Shown here piece after piece: positions 12,174 through 20,475 of a stretch of DNA of 45,688 nucleotides. A model generated the notes under the pieces. The model saw only the letters and a program-made list of their open reading frames with translations, was not told the DNA's origin and made no database searches. The DNA comes from Oculatellaceae cyanobacterium bins.114. Lineage in GTDB: Bacteria; Cyanobacteriota; Cyanobacteriia; Elainellales; Elainellaceae. The DNA lies in assembly GCA_033764315.1 (NCBI GenBank), contig JANRJA010000120.1, positions 1-45,688 on the forward strand, given 5' to 3'. Numbering within the stretch: position 1 is the stretch's first letter; each line of letters opens with the position of its first letter. A program made the translations under genes and the position numbers.

Positions 12174-12809
12174 ATGAGGTTCAGAATGTCGATCGCAGAA
12201 GATCTGTGGCAAGCCAATCATGATTTGGCGATCGCCTCTCTCAAAACGGCATTTGTCCAGGGGATGGGTGATGGCACGCTGGCACGAGAAAAATTTGCCT
12301 ATTACGTGGGGCAAGATGCCTTTTTTCTAGAAGCCTTTGCCCGTGCCTATAGCATTGCTGCGGCTAAAGCCCCCGATTGGGAGGGGTTTGGTGTCTTCCA
12401 CCAGTTAGCATCAGGGGTGTTGCAGGAGTTGCGTCTGCACAAAGGCTACGCCGATCAATGGGGGGTAAAGATTCAAGATGTCACTCCGGGAGTCGTAACG
12501 CGCCGCTATACCGACTTTTTGTTGGCGATCGCCTGGAGCCAAGACGTAGGAGTAACAACGGTCGCGATGTTACCCTGCATGCGTCTCTATGCCTTTTTGG
12601 GGCAACAGTTAGCACAACCCACGATTCCTAACCACTCGTATACAGATTGGATTCGCACCTACAGCAGTGCAGCGTTTGAGCCGTTAGTGCAGCAGTTAGC
12701 TCAACTGACCGATCGATACACGGTTTCCAGTGCGCTAGCCCAATCTACCTACCGCTATGCGATGGAGTGTGAACGTGATTTCTTTGAAGCCGCTTGGCAA
12801 TCGAGTTAG
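12174..12809 (+). CDS. tenA: TenA family protein (thiaminase II / thiamine salvage)
   Basis: FxYYVGQDAFFL, MLPCMRLY (catalytic Cys), YxDWIRTYSS, ExDFF. Confidence 0.85.
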   Translation: MRFRMSIAEDLWQANHDLAIASLKTAFVQGMGDGTLAREKFAYYVGQDAFFLEAFARAYSIAAAKAPDWEGFGVFHQLASGVLQELRLHKGYADQWGVKIQDVTPGVVTRRYTDFLLAIAWSQDVGVTTVAMLPCMRLYAFLGQQLAQPTIPNHSYTDWIRTYSSAAFEPLVQQLAQLTDRYTVSSALAQSTYRYAMECERDFFEAAWQSS

Positions 12810-12839
12810 AGGAGGACTCTCAACCTGAAGTAATGGCAT

Positions 12840-13292
12840 TTAATAAGCCGGGCTAGCCAACCAGGAAATGGCTGCACCTAACAATGACCCCGCAAAAACC
12901 TGAACTGGGGTATGTCCCAGCAACTCTTTAAGGCGATCTTCGTTGATTGAGCTATCGTGAAACAGTTCATCTACGATTTGGTTGAGCAGTCGGGCTTGCT
13001 TACCTGCCGCTTGCCGCACTCCTGCTGCGTCATACATCACAATCACTGCAAAAATGATGGCGATCGCAAATTCTGAGGTTTCCCAACCCACCGTTTGCCC
13101 CACCCCAAACGCTAGGGCCGTCACCAACGCAGAGTGAGCACTGGGCATTCCTCCAGTCTCAACCAGAGTGCGAAAGTTGATTTTGCCGTGACGGATCAAC
13201 TCAACAACCAGTTTAAGCACCTGAGCAACGAGACAGGCAATTAATGCAACCAAAAGGACATGGTTGTCGAGGATATGGCTAATGTCCTGCAT
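12840..13292 (-). CDS. Divergent PAP2 family membrane protein (DUF212)
   Basis: TGGMPSAHSA, VMYDAAGVRQAAG, LKELLGHTPVQV; conserved neighbour of crtE. Confidence 0.9.
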   Translation of the reverse strand: MQDISHILDNHVLLVALIACLVAQVLKLVVELIRHGKINFRTLVETGGMPSAHSALVTALAFGVGQTVGWETSEFAIAIIFAVIVMYDAAGVRQAAGKQARLLNQIVDELFHDSSINEDRLKELLGHTPVQVFAGSLLGAAISWLASPAY

Positions 13293-13307
13293 AGGAGTTG
13301 TTTGTGT

Positions 13308-14249
13308 CTAATGAGTGCGAACGGTAATAAAGTCAGCGATCGCCATGAGTGGGAGAGCCTTCTCTCCAAACCCCTCTAGTTGCGCTTTTGCATTGGTCAC
13401 TAACTGATTTGCCTGACGTTTTGATTCATCAATTCCCCAAAAGCTAGGATAGGTGGCTTTTTGAGCTTGCAGGTCTTTCCCCGCCGTCTTCCCGAGTTGT
13501 TCTTGAGTTGCCGTAATATCTAGCACATCGTCCACAATCTGGAAGGCAAGCCCAATATCTTGAGCATAGGCAGACAGACGCTGTTGATCTAGCTCTGATG
13601 CCCCCGCTAAGATCGCTCCACAGACCACCGAGGCTTCTAAGAGTGCCCCCGTTTTATGGCGGTGAATAAAGTTGAGTGTTTCCAGCGATACGTTGGGATT
13701 GCCCTCAGATTCCAGGTCTACCACCTGACCGCCGACCAATCCTGCGGCACCCACCGCTTTACCCAAATGAGCAATCACTTTCAAAACGCGATCGGCAGGC
13801 ACGCCGCGAGTTTGAACGGCGATGAATTCAAAGGCATAGGCTAGCAATCCATCGCCTGCCAAAATTGCAATATCGTCGCCATACACTTTGTGATTGGTGA
13901 GTTTACCCCGACGGTAGTCATCGTTATCCATCGCGGGCAAATCGTCATGAATCAATGACATGGTGTGAATCATCTCCAACGCGCAGGCCGTTGGCAATGC
14001 CATTTCAGTTGTGCCACCCACTAACTCACAGGTTGCCAGACACAAGATTGGGCGTAACCTCTTGCCACCTGCCAGCAAGGAATAGCGCATCGACTCATAA
14101 ATTTTGTCAGGATAGACGATCGCAATAGACTGATCTAAAGCTGACTCTACTGTCGCTTGCCGTTGAGCAAGATAGGTTGACAGGTCAAAGGTTGACGCCA
14201 AAGAGATTGAGTCTGTTATCACTGTTCCTTGATGCTGTGAACTCGTCAT
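13308..14249 (-). CDS. crtE: Geranylgeranyl diphosphate synthase
   Basis: [22 protein letters not shown] (FARM), FQIVDDVLD (SARM). Confidence 0.95.
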   Translation of the reverse strand: MTSSQHQGTVITDSISLASTFDLSTYLAQRQATVESALDQSIAIVYPDKIYESMRYSLLAGGKRLRPILCLATCELVGGTTEMALPTACALEMIHTMSLIHDDLPAMDNDDYRRGKLTNHKVYGDDIAILAGDGLLAYAFEFIAVQTRGVPADRVLKVIAHLGKAVGAAGLVGGQVVDLESEGNPNVSLETLNFIHRHKTGALLEASVVCGAILAGASELDQQRLSAYAQDIGLAFQIVDDVLDITATQEQLGKTAGKDLQAQKATYPSFWGIDESKRQANQLVTNAKAQLEGFGEKALPLMAIADFITVRTH

Positions 14250-14340
14250 ATCCTCACCACTGTTTCAAACGCTGCGCTTTAGGTTAACACCGACTGGTTG
14301 CCGCAAATCACGTTACTAAGCTTCCATAATCGCATGTCTG

Positions 14341-15225
14341 CTACAGCCGTTGACGATAACTCCACACTGTATTGTGTAACAGCATAGTTACAGTCATGGG
14401 GCCTACCCCACCCGGAACCGGGGTCAGCCACTGAGCCACCTCTTTGACAGACTTAAAATCTACGTCTCCTACAAGGCGATGCGACGCAGTTTCTCCATCA
14501 GGAGAATCGCCCTGTTCATCTTTGATGCGATTGGTACCCACATCAATCACCGTCGCGCCAGGTTTCACCATCTCTGCGGTCACCAACCCCGGACGACCCG
14601 CCGCTGCCACCAAAATATCAGCAGTGCGAGCCATGCCGCTTAAATCAGTCGTGCGAGAATGGGCGATCGTCACCGTTGCATCAGCGGCCAACAACATCAT
14701 TGCCAATGGCTTACCCACCAAACTACTGCGTCCAATAATCACAGCATGTTTGCCTTTTGTCTCAATCTGATATTCCTTTAAAAGGCGCATAACACCAGCA
14801 GGAGTGCAGCTCTGGAGTCCTGGTTCGCCACGCAACAACCGCCCCATATTCAACGGGTGCAGCCCATCCGCATCCTTATCTGGATCAATTCGATTGAGCA
14901 GGGCTGAGGCATCTAAATGGTCAGGGAGGGGCAATTGCACCAGAATGCCATCTACGTTGTCATTGTGATTGAGATCGGAAATGGCTTGCTCTAGCTCAGC
15001 CGCACTCGTCATCGTAGGAAAATGCTGGCCAAAAGAGGCAATCCCAACCCTGGCACAGGCACGCTCCTTATTTCTCACGTAGGCAACGCTAGCAGGATTA
15101 TCGCCCACCATCAGCACTGCTAAACCGGGAGGACGAGCTATCTTGGGTTGTAGGATTTGCACCTGCTCTAGTAGATCAGCCTGGATTTTTTGGGCAAGTC
15201 CTTTGCCATCGAGAATATCAGCCAT
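14341..15225 (-). CDS. folD: Bifunctional methylenetetrahydrofolate dehydrogenase/cyclohydrolase
   Basis: [22 protein letters not shown], GRSx[16 protein letters not shown]. Confidence 0.97.
   Translation of the reverse strand: MADILDGKGLAQKIQADLLEQVQILQPKIARPPGLAVLMVGDNPASVAYVRNKERACARVGIASFGQHFPTMTSAAELEQAISDLNHNDNVDGILVQLPLPDHLDASALLNRIDPDKDADGLHPLNMGRLLRGEPGLQSCTPAGVMRLLKEYQIETKGKHAVIIGRSSLVGKPLAMMLLAADATVTIAHSRTTDLSGMARTADILVAAAGRPGLVTAEMVKPGATVIDVGTNRIKDEQGDSPDGETASHRLVGDVDFKSVKEVAQWLTPVPGGVGPMTVTMLLHNTVWSYRQRL
14476..14510 (-). mobile_element. 27-nt hairpin micro-element inserted in a HIP1 site inside folD
   Basis: Minus strand reads GCGA-[TTCTCCTGATGGAGAAACTGCGTCGCA]-TCGC; removal restores GCGATCGC and the reading [11 protein letters not shown]. 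Confidence 0.7.
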
Positions 15226-15423
15226 GTCAGAGTCAACCTCAGTTCCGGGAAAAACGGCTAAGCCGTTAGTAGATTTAGATTACAAAGATGCCCAATCAAA
15301 TAGCAGGTTAAACGACTAAAACTGCTAATTTCTGGGACGTTATAGCCCCAGTCAGAACAGAAGTTAGCAGTAACCCGTAAACAAAGAAATACAAAACATT
15401 ATTAAAGCAAGCTTAGGAGTGTA

Positions 15424-15819
15424 ATGGTAAAAGATAAATTTTGGCAATTCAGTCAGCTACTGGTTGTGATAGGAATATGCGGCTGTAGTCAGCTTGATTT
15501 GGGGGTGCTGGGGTTACAACTACCTGGAAGCGTCAGACAAATACAAGATTTACAGAGTAACCCAACCGTTAATTCTGTGGTCTACCTACGAGGACGGGTG
15601 GGCGATCGCGTTCCTCTAATCGAAGCTCAAGTTTACCAATTGAGTGATCCCACTGGCAGCATTTGGGTCTTTACCACCCAGCCAATTCCTCAATCAGGCG
15701 ATACGATCGCCATTCAAGGACAAATCCGCTTTCAGAGCATTCCCCTGGCTGGGCAAGAGCAAGGAGAGGTGTATATCGAAGAACAAAACCGCTGGATAGA
15801 AGAAGGGAGAGGGGAGTAA
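15424..15819 (+). CDS. Hypothetical OB-fold-like putative lipoprotein
   Basis: Hydrophobic N-terminus ending ICGC; VYLRGRV...YQLSDPTGSIWV...GDTIAIQG pattern; AGGAG RBS. Confidence 0.7.
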   Translation: MVKDKFWQFSQLLVVIGICGCSQLDLGVLGLQLPGSVRQIQDLQSNPTVNSVVYLRGRVGDRVPLIEAQVYQLSDPTGSIWVFTTQPIPQSGDTIAIQGQIRFQSIPLAGQEQGEVYIEEQNRWIEEGRGE

Positions 15820-15908
15820 ACCGGTGAAAGGGTAAGAGCCATGTCTCAAAGGTTAACGATTTATGCTTGACGACTCACGATTAACCATTAACGATTAACG
15901 ATGGACGG

Positions 15909-16376
15909 TTGATCACTAACCTAACCCCTACTATCTTGATCATGCAGACTCATCCAATAGAAGTAGCGATCGCCATCTTGCACCAAGACAACCAGTTTTT
16001 GATGCAACTGCGGGACAACATTCCGGGGATCATCTATCCGGGACATTGGGGATTTTTTGGGGGGCATCTTGATCCCGGTGAATCTCCAGAAGAAGCGATG
16101 TGGCGTGAGTTAGCCGAAGAAATTGAATACACCCCACCTCATCTGGCAAAATTCAAAACGTATGATGCAGATCCTCAAGTCATTCGTCATGTTTATGTTG
16201 CGCCATTGGCAGTGGCAGTAGATACACTGCAATTACATGAGGGCTGGGATTTAGGGTTATTGTCAGTAGAGGATATCCAACGAGGCGATCGCTACTCTGT
16301 CAAAGCCAATCAAGTTCGCCCTTTGGGTAAACCGCATCAGCAGATTCTGTTAGATTTCATTACCCAGAGTCTCTAA
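15909..16376 (+). CDS. NUDIX hydrolase (start probably the internal ATG of MQTHPIEV)
   Basis: Nudix box GGHLDPGESPEEAMWRELAEEI; QLRD...YPGHWGFFGG. Confidence 0.92.
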   Translation: MITNLTPTILIMQTHPIEVAIAILHQDNQFLMQLRDNIPGIIYPGHWGFFGGHLDPGESPEEAMWRELAEEIEYTPPHLAKFKTYDADPQVIRHVYVAPLAVAVDTLQLHEGWDLGLLSVEDIQRGDRYSVKANQVRPLGKPHQQILLDFITQSL

Positions 16377-16393
16377 GGAGTACATTTTTGCAT

Positions 16394-16407
16394 GGTACAA
16401 ATGTACT
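16394..16407. promoter_or_regulatory. Candidate cyanobacterial LexA (SOS) box
   Basis: GGTACAAATGTACT matches RGTAC-NNN-DGTWCB exactly, about 65 bp upstream of the metalloprotease start. Confidence 0.6.
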
Positions 16408-16471
16408 ATATTTAGTAGGCAACTGGCTCATCCCTGGTGAGCTGCTCTAACTCTCTTGAAAGCTTGATTCT

Positions 16472-17248
16472 GTGAAACATCCTCAGACCAAATCCATTGT
16501 TAAAGCGGACTATCGAGTTCGAGTCAGCCCCAAAGCAAAACACGTCTGCATCAAAGTCTCCCATTCAGGCGATGTAGAAGTGGTCGTGCCAAAAGGGTTT
16601 GATCAACGTCATATTCCCGATATCGTGCAGCGGCGGCGCGATTGGATCGCCAAAACCATTCAACGCATTGAAGCAGAACGGCAGGGTATGCGGACTGAGC
16701 CAGGTGACGCGATGCCTCAGGTCATTTCCTTGCGATCGCTTCCTGAAGAGTGGACTGTGACCTACCGACCCACCTCAGAGCCTCACCTCAAAGTGGTGTT
16801 GGCGATCGCCCCTAAAGGGGAACTGCTTCGCACCACCCATCAGCTTGTGTTGCAAGGACCAATTCAGCACCTTGATTTGTGTCAGCAAGTCCTGCGGCGT
16901 TGGCTGCACCGCAAAGCTCATCTTCATTTAGTGCCCTGGTTAGAGCAGGTGAGTGACCAGATTAGATTGCCTTTCTCAACCGCTTCAGTGAGGGGGCAAA
17001 AAACTCGATGGGCAAGCTGTTCTAACAAAAAATCGATTAGCCTCAACTACAAACTGTTATTCCTGCCACCCCATCTCGTCCGCTATGTCTTGATTCACGA
17101 GTTGTGTCATACCATCCACCTCAACCATTCCTCGGCATTTTGGGCACTGGTAGAAGAAAAAGAACCCAATTATAAAAATCTAGACTCTGAACTTCGCACG
17201 GCGTGGCGATATGTGCCGGAGTGGGTGGAACAGTCACCAGACTATTAA
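16472..17248 (+). CDS. YgjP/DUF45 (M48/SprT-like) zinc-dependent hydrolase
   Basis: QKTRWASCS, ISLNYKL, YVLIHELCH (HExxH), NHSxxFW. Confidence 0.88.
   Translation: MKHPQTKSIVKADYRVRVSPKAKHVCIKVSHSGDVEVVVPKGFDQRHIPDIVQRRRDWIAKTIQRIEAERQGMRTEPGDAMPQVISLRSLPEEWTVTYRPTSEPHLKVVLAIAPKGELLRTTHQLVLQGPIQHLDLCQQVLRRWLHRKAHLHLVPWLEQVSDQIRLPFSTASVRGQKTRWASCSNKKSISLNYKLLFLPPHLVRYVLIHELCHTIHLNHSSAFWALVEEKEPNYKNLDSELRTAWRYVPEWVEQSPDY
16802..16836 (+). mobile_element. HIP1-associated micro-element copy, in-frame inside the DUF45 gene
   Basis: GCGATCGCCCCTAAAGGGGAACTGCTTCGCACCAC; shares the hairpin plus AACTGCTTCGCA core with 14476, 26587 and 29794. Confidence 0.6.
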
Positions 17249-17258
17249 TTTTTGTCAA

Positions 17259-17294
17259 TTGTCAAGAAAAACAAGAAACAGTAAAATACGATAC
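17259..17294 (+). promoter_or_regulatory. Sigma70-type promoter with an NtcA consensus site overlapping the -10 box
   Basis: TTGTCA (17259-64), 17-bp spacer, TAAAAT (17282-87); GTA-AAATACGA-TAC at 17281-17294. Confidence 0.6.
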
Positions 17295-17481
17295 AGAAAT
17301 AGGAATGAAATGTTCTTTTATTTCTGCCATTTTTGCTGAGGCTACTTTTTTAACGGGCGATCGCATACCTTTGCCTCACTGGGGTTGCTAAATGGCATGG
17401 CTTTATCTCTATATAAAGCCGTGTGATCTCTAGCCGCATGTCGCTGACAACTTAAATCATCTTTAGGGTGGAGAAAACTAT

Positions 17482-17928
17482 ATGAAACTGACATACCGGG
17501 GTGCGGCCTATGACTATGAGCCAACTCCCGTTGACATGACTGAAACTGGCATTACAGGTCACTATCGGGGCCAAGCGTTTCAATTTGCTTACCCCAGACA
17601 CATTCCTGTGCCCCAACCCCCGGGAGACTATCAATATCGGGGAGTGGCTTACCACAAAACATCGACTGGGGCGATCGAGTCTGTTGCGGCTCCGATCGCA
17701 GTTCTAACCCCAGTTGTTACCCCAACAGCACCCGTCACTCCAAGCCCAACAGGGCTTACCTATCGCTCGGTAGCTGCTTCTCGACTTAACTTGCAACGAG
17801 AGATTGCAGGCAAACATCGCGACAACATTCACCGTCGCTTACAACACCGCCTTGAAGTTGCCAGAGCCAAAGGGGATCAAGCCTTGATTAATGAACTTGA
17901 ACGGGAAATGGAATACACCTCTCGATAA
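17482..17928 (+). CDS. DUF4278 domain protein with PirA-like C-terminal segment
   Basis: MKLTYRGxxY and repeated YRG motifs; C-terminus HRDNIHRRLQHRLEVARAKGDQALINELERE; GGAG RBS. Confidence 0.85.
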   Translation: MKLTYRGAAYDYEPTPVDMTETGITGHYRGQAFQFAYPRHIPVPQPPGDYQYRGVAYHKTSTGAIESVAAPIAVLTPVVTPTAPVTPSPTGLTYRSVAASRLNLQREIAGKHRDNIHRRLQHRLEVARAKGDQALINELEREMEYTSR

Positions 17929-17985
17929 CGCCGAGGTCAACTCCCAGTCTGATCATCCTGTAGTCTTCGCAAGACTACTCAAGAC

Positions 17986-18047
17986 TCATCATGTTTGGGG
18001 GAAAACATGATGACACCAATAGGGGCACTGGCTGTCGTGCCCCTATT
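17986..18047. terminator. Two adjacent hairpins after the DUF4278 gene, the second REP-like
   Basis: TCATCATGTTT...AAACATGATGA and CAATAGGGGCAC...GTGCCCCTATTG. Confidence 0.55.
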
Positions 18048-18115
18048 GTTTGCCCTTATGGTTTGTATGCGACACTAGATGGGAAAACATTGATTTGTTA
18101 AAGCCCCACATCATC

Positions 18116-18523
18116 ATGACTGCCACATTAAAAGAGTTTTTAGAAGCCTGTCACACCCTTGGCACTTTGCGAATGATCGTCACCAGTAGTGCTGCTGTTT
18201 TAGAAGTGAAGGGGGCGATCGAAAAATTATTTTATGCAGAGCTGCCCAAAGGCAAATACGCCAATATGCATCAAGAGGGGTTTGAATTTCACCTGAATAT
18301 GGACAGAATTACTCAGGTGAAATTTGAAACGGGGGAAGCCAAGCGAGGCAACTTTACGACCTATGCCATTCGTTTATTAGATGAGACCTCAGAACCCGCT
18401 ATGAGCCTGTTTTTGCAATGGGGCAAACCCGGAGAATATGCACCGGGGCAAGTCGAGGCATGGCACGCCTTAAAAGAACAGTATGGCGAAACCTGGCAAC
18501 CTGTTCCTCTAGAGACGCTATGA
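18116..18523 (+). CDS. ChuX/HutX-like heme-binding family protein
   Basis: LGTLRMIVTSSAAVLEVKG...FEFHL pattern; ATG 18116 preferred over TTG 18050. Confidence 0.75.
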   Translation: MTATLKEFLEACHTLGTLRMIVTSSAAVLEVKGAIEKLFYAELPKGKYANMHQEGFEFHLNMDRITQVKFETGEAKRGNFTTYAIRLLDETSEPAMSLFLQWGKPGEYAPGQVEAWHALKEQYGETWQPVPLETL

Positions 18524-19326
18524 CGCGGCAAATGCAATGGGGTTGGTTGTGGCTGATCAGCCTAGTGCTGTGGCTGATGTGGAGTAGCCCAACTCAGGCA
18601 GGAGAATTGGCCGATCGCCTCGCTCAGTTTCCAGATTGGCAAACAAAGCCTGCCGTTCAAGCGGCTAAAGGAGATCTAGCCTATCCCGATTGGTTTGCTG
18701 GAGAGTGGCTCGCTACGACAACCCTGGTCGATCTGGTGGCTCCGATTCCAGACCTGACGACCCCTGGTTTTGAGGGCAATCGGCAATACCTGAATCAGCC
18801 TGTCCCTTTTCAAGCTCGATTTGTAGAGGCGCGATCGCTCTACCCATCCAACCCTTCTATCCTATCGATGCCATCTGTCTTACCTCAAGCAAGGCCACCA
18901 ATCGTCTCCGATCGCGCCTTTAACGGGTTGAGTTTAGCAAAAGCATATTTGGGCAATGAATCAGTGGTTTCAGTGCGGGTTGATCCCACCAATCCCAATC
19001 GCCAAATCACGCGATTGAAAGACAATCTCCAATTCATTTCAACGATTGCGGCTCGTGCCACAGAAGCTCCCACTCCCAACGATTTCTTAACGACTGAAGT
19101 ATTTCTGCAAGAGTTTCGAGGAGCCCCACAACTCTATTTCAATCAGGTGGAGACGACAACGGCCTATCATCGCAACGTTGGGTCTGATCCGGCGATCGCT
19201 GCTGATCAAGTCACGGCCATCTATTTATCTCCGCAAGACCCAAATTTCTTTAAGGCAGGCGATCGCCCCGTTGCGCTCTATCGCTATCGCATGGAGTTTT
19301 CACCACTGCCCCAGGGCAAGCCGTGA
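18520..19326 (+). CDS. Conserved exported hypothetical protein (DUF6816-like)
   Basis: ATGA overlap with the upstream stop; signal-peptide-like N-terminus; DLAYPDWFAGEW, DRAFNG, YLSPQDP motifs. Confidence 0.7.
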   Translation: MTRQMQWGWLWLISLVLWLMWSSPTQAGELADRLAQFPDWQTKPAVQAAKGDLAYPDWFAGEWLATTTLVDLVAPIPDLTTPGFEGNRQYLNQPVPFQARFVEARSLYPSNPSILSMPSVLPQARPPIVSDRAFNGLSLAKAYLGNESVVSVRVDPTNPNRQITRLKDNLQFISTIAARATEAPTPNDFLTTEVFLQEFRGAPQLYFNQVETTTAYHRNVGSDPAIAADQVTAIYLSPQDPNFFKAGDRPVALYRYRMEFSPLPQGKP

Positions 19327-19731
19327 TCACAAATTGACAGAAATCGCTTGTACTGGGCAAACCGGCACACACTGCTCACAGACGATGCAGCGCGATCGCG
19401 TGAAGTTGAGCCGAAAGGTTTGAGGATCTAGATTTAAGGCTTCAGTGGGGCAAATGCCTGTACACAAGCCACAGTGAACGCATACCTCTTCATCAATCAA
19501 AATCTCACGGCTTGCGGTAGAAACACCAATATCTTGGGTTCGCAGCCAATCTAGAGCAGCGTCCAGTTGATCAATATCGCCCGACAGCTCAACCACCAAG
19601 GTGCCAATTTGGTTAGGGGCTACTTGTGCCCGAATGATATTGGCCGCGATGTTGAAGTCTTTTGCCAATCGATAAGTAACTGGCATGTGCACTGCACGTT
19701 TAGGAAAGGTCAGGGTAACTCGCCGTTTCAC
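19327..19731 (-). CDS. NIL-domain protein with 2x[4Fe-4S] ferredoxin domain
   Basis: NIIRA NIL motif; CVHCGLCTGICP and CIVCEQCVPVCP. Confidence 0.93.
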   Translation of the reverse strand: MKRRVTLTFPKRAVHMPVTYRLAKDFNIAANIIRAQVAPNQIGTLVVELSGDIDQLDAALDWLRTQDIGVSTASREILIDEEVCVHCGLCTGICPTEALNLDPQTFRLNFTRSRCIVCEQCVPVCPVQAISVNL

Positions 19732-19839
19732 AAGCTAAAGCCATAGAGAATCGGTAGACTAAGAATAACAGTCAGGCAAGCCCATCCCACCTTGCTGTTT
19801 CAGTCCCTTCCAGTGTATCGTTCAGCCCAGATTCTTGTT

Positions 19840-20436
19840 ATGTCTGAAAAACTTCATGACCCTGCCCCAATACCTGATGCAATGCCTAATTCTGACTTGG
19901 CAACTCGCATTCGGAATTTGTTGATTGTATTTGTGGCAGTGGTTCTCAGTACAGCGATTTTTCTGGGTCTACGTACCGAAACCGGGTCTGCCTCCTTGAG
20001 TGCGATGGCAGATACCGCTATTCCCCTAGAGGTGGCAACTACCAATGGCAAGCCTTCTTTGATCGAGTTTTATGCCGATTGGTGCACCAGTTGTCAGGCA
20101 ATGGCAGGAGACATGAACAGCCTTAAAGAAGAGTATGGCGATCGCGTCAACTTTGTCATGCTTAACGTTGACAACAGCAAATGGCTCCCCGAAATGCTGC
20201 GCTATCGGGTGGATGGCATTCCCCATTTCGTCTTTATCACCGGAGCAGGAGAGGCGATCGCCAGCACAATTGGTGAGCAACCCCGCACCATCATGGCAGC
20301 CAACTTAGATGCTCTGGCTACGAATGCCGCTCTCCCCTATGTGCAAACCAACGGGCAATTCTCTAAGGTTGAAGCCCCTGCGGTCTCTCCATCTCGTAAC
20401 GCCGATCCTCGCAGTCACGGCAGCGATGTGCAATGA
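19840..20436 (+). CDS. txlA: Membrane-anchored thioredoxin-like protein (TxlA/HCF164 type)
   Basis: TM helix, EFYADWCTSC, MLNVDNSKW, VDGIPHF; ATG 19840 preferred over TTG 19792. Confidence 0.85.
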   Translation: MSEKLHDPAPIPDAMPNSDLATRIRNLLIVFVAVVLSTAIFLGLRTETGSASLSAMADTAIPLEVATTNGKPSLIEFYADWCTSCQAMAGDMNSLKEEYGDRVNFVMLNVDNSKWLPEMLRYRVDGIPHFVFITGAGEAIASTIGEQPRTIMAANLDALATNAALPYVQTNGQFSKVEAPAVSPSRNADPRSHGSDVQ

Positions 20437-20475
20437 GCTAACTGGAGTTAACTGGGGCACTCTGATAGAGTTCCT

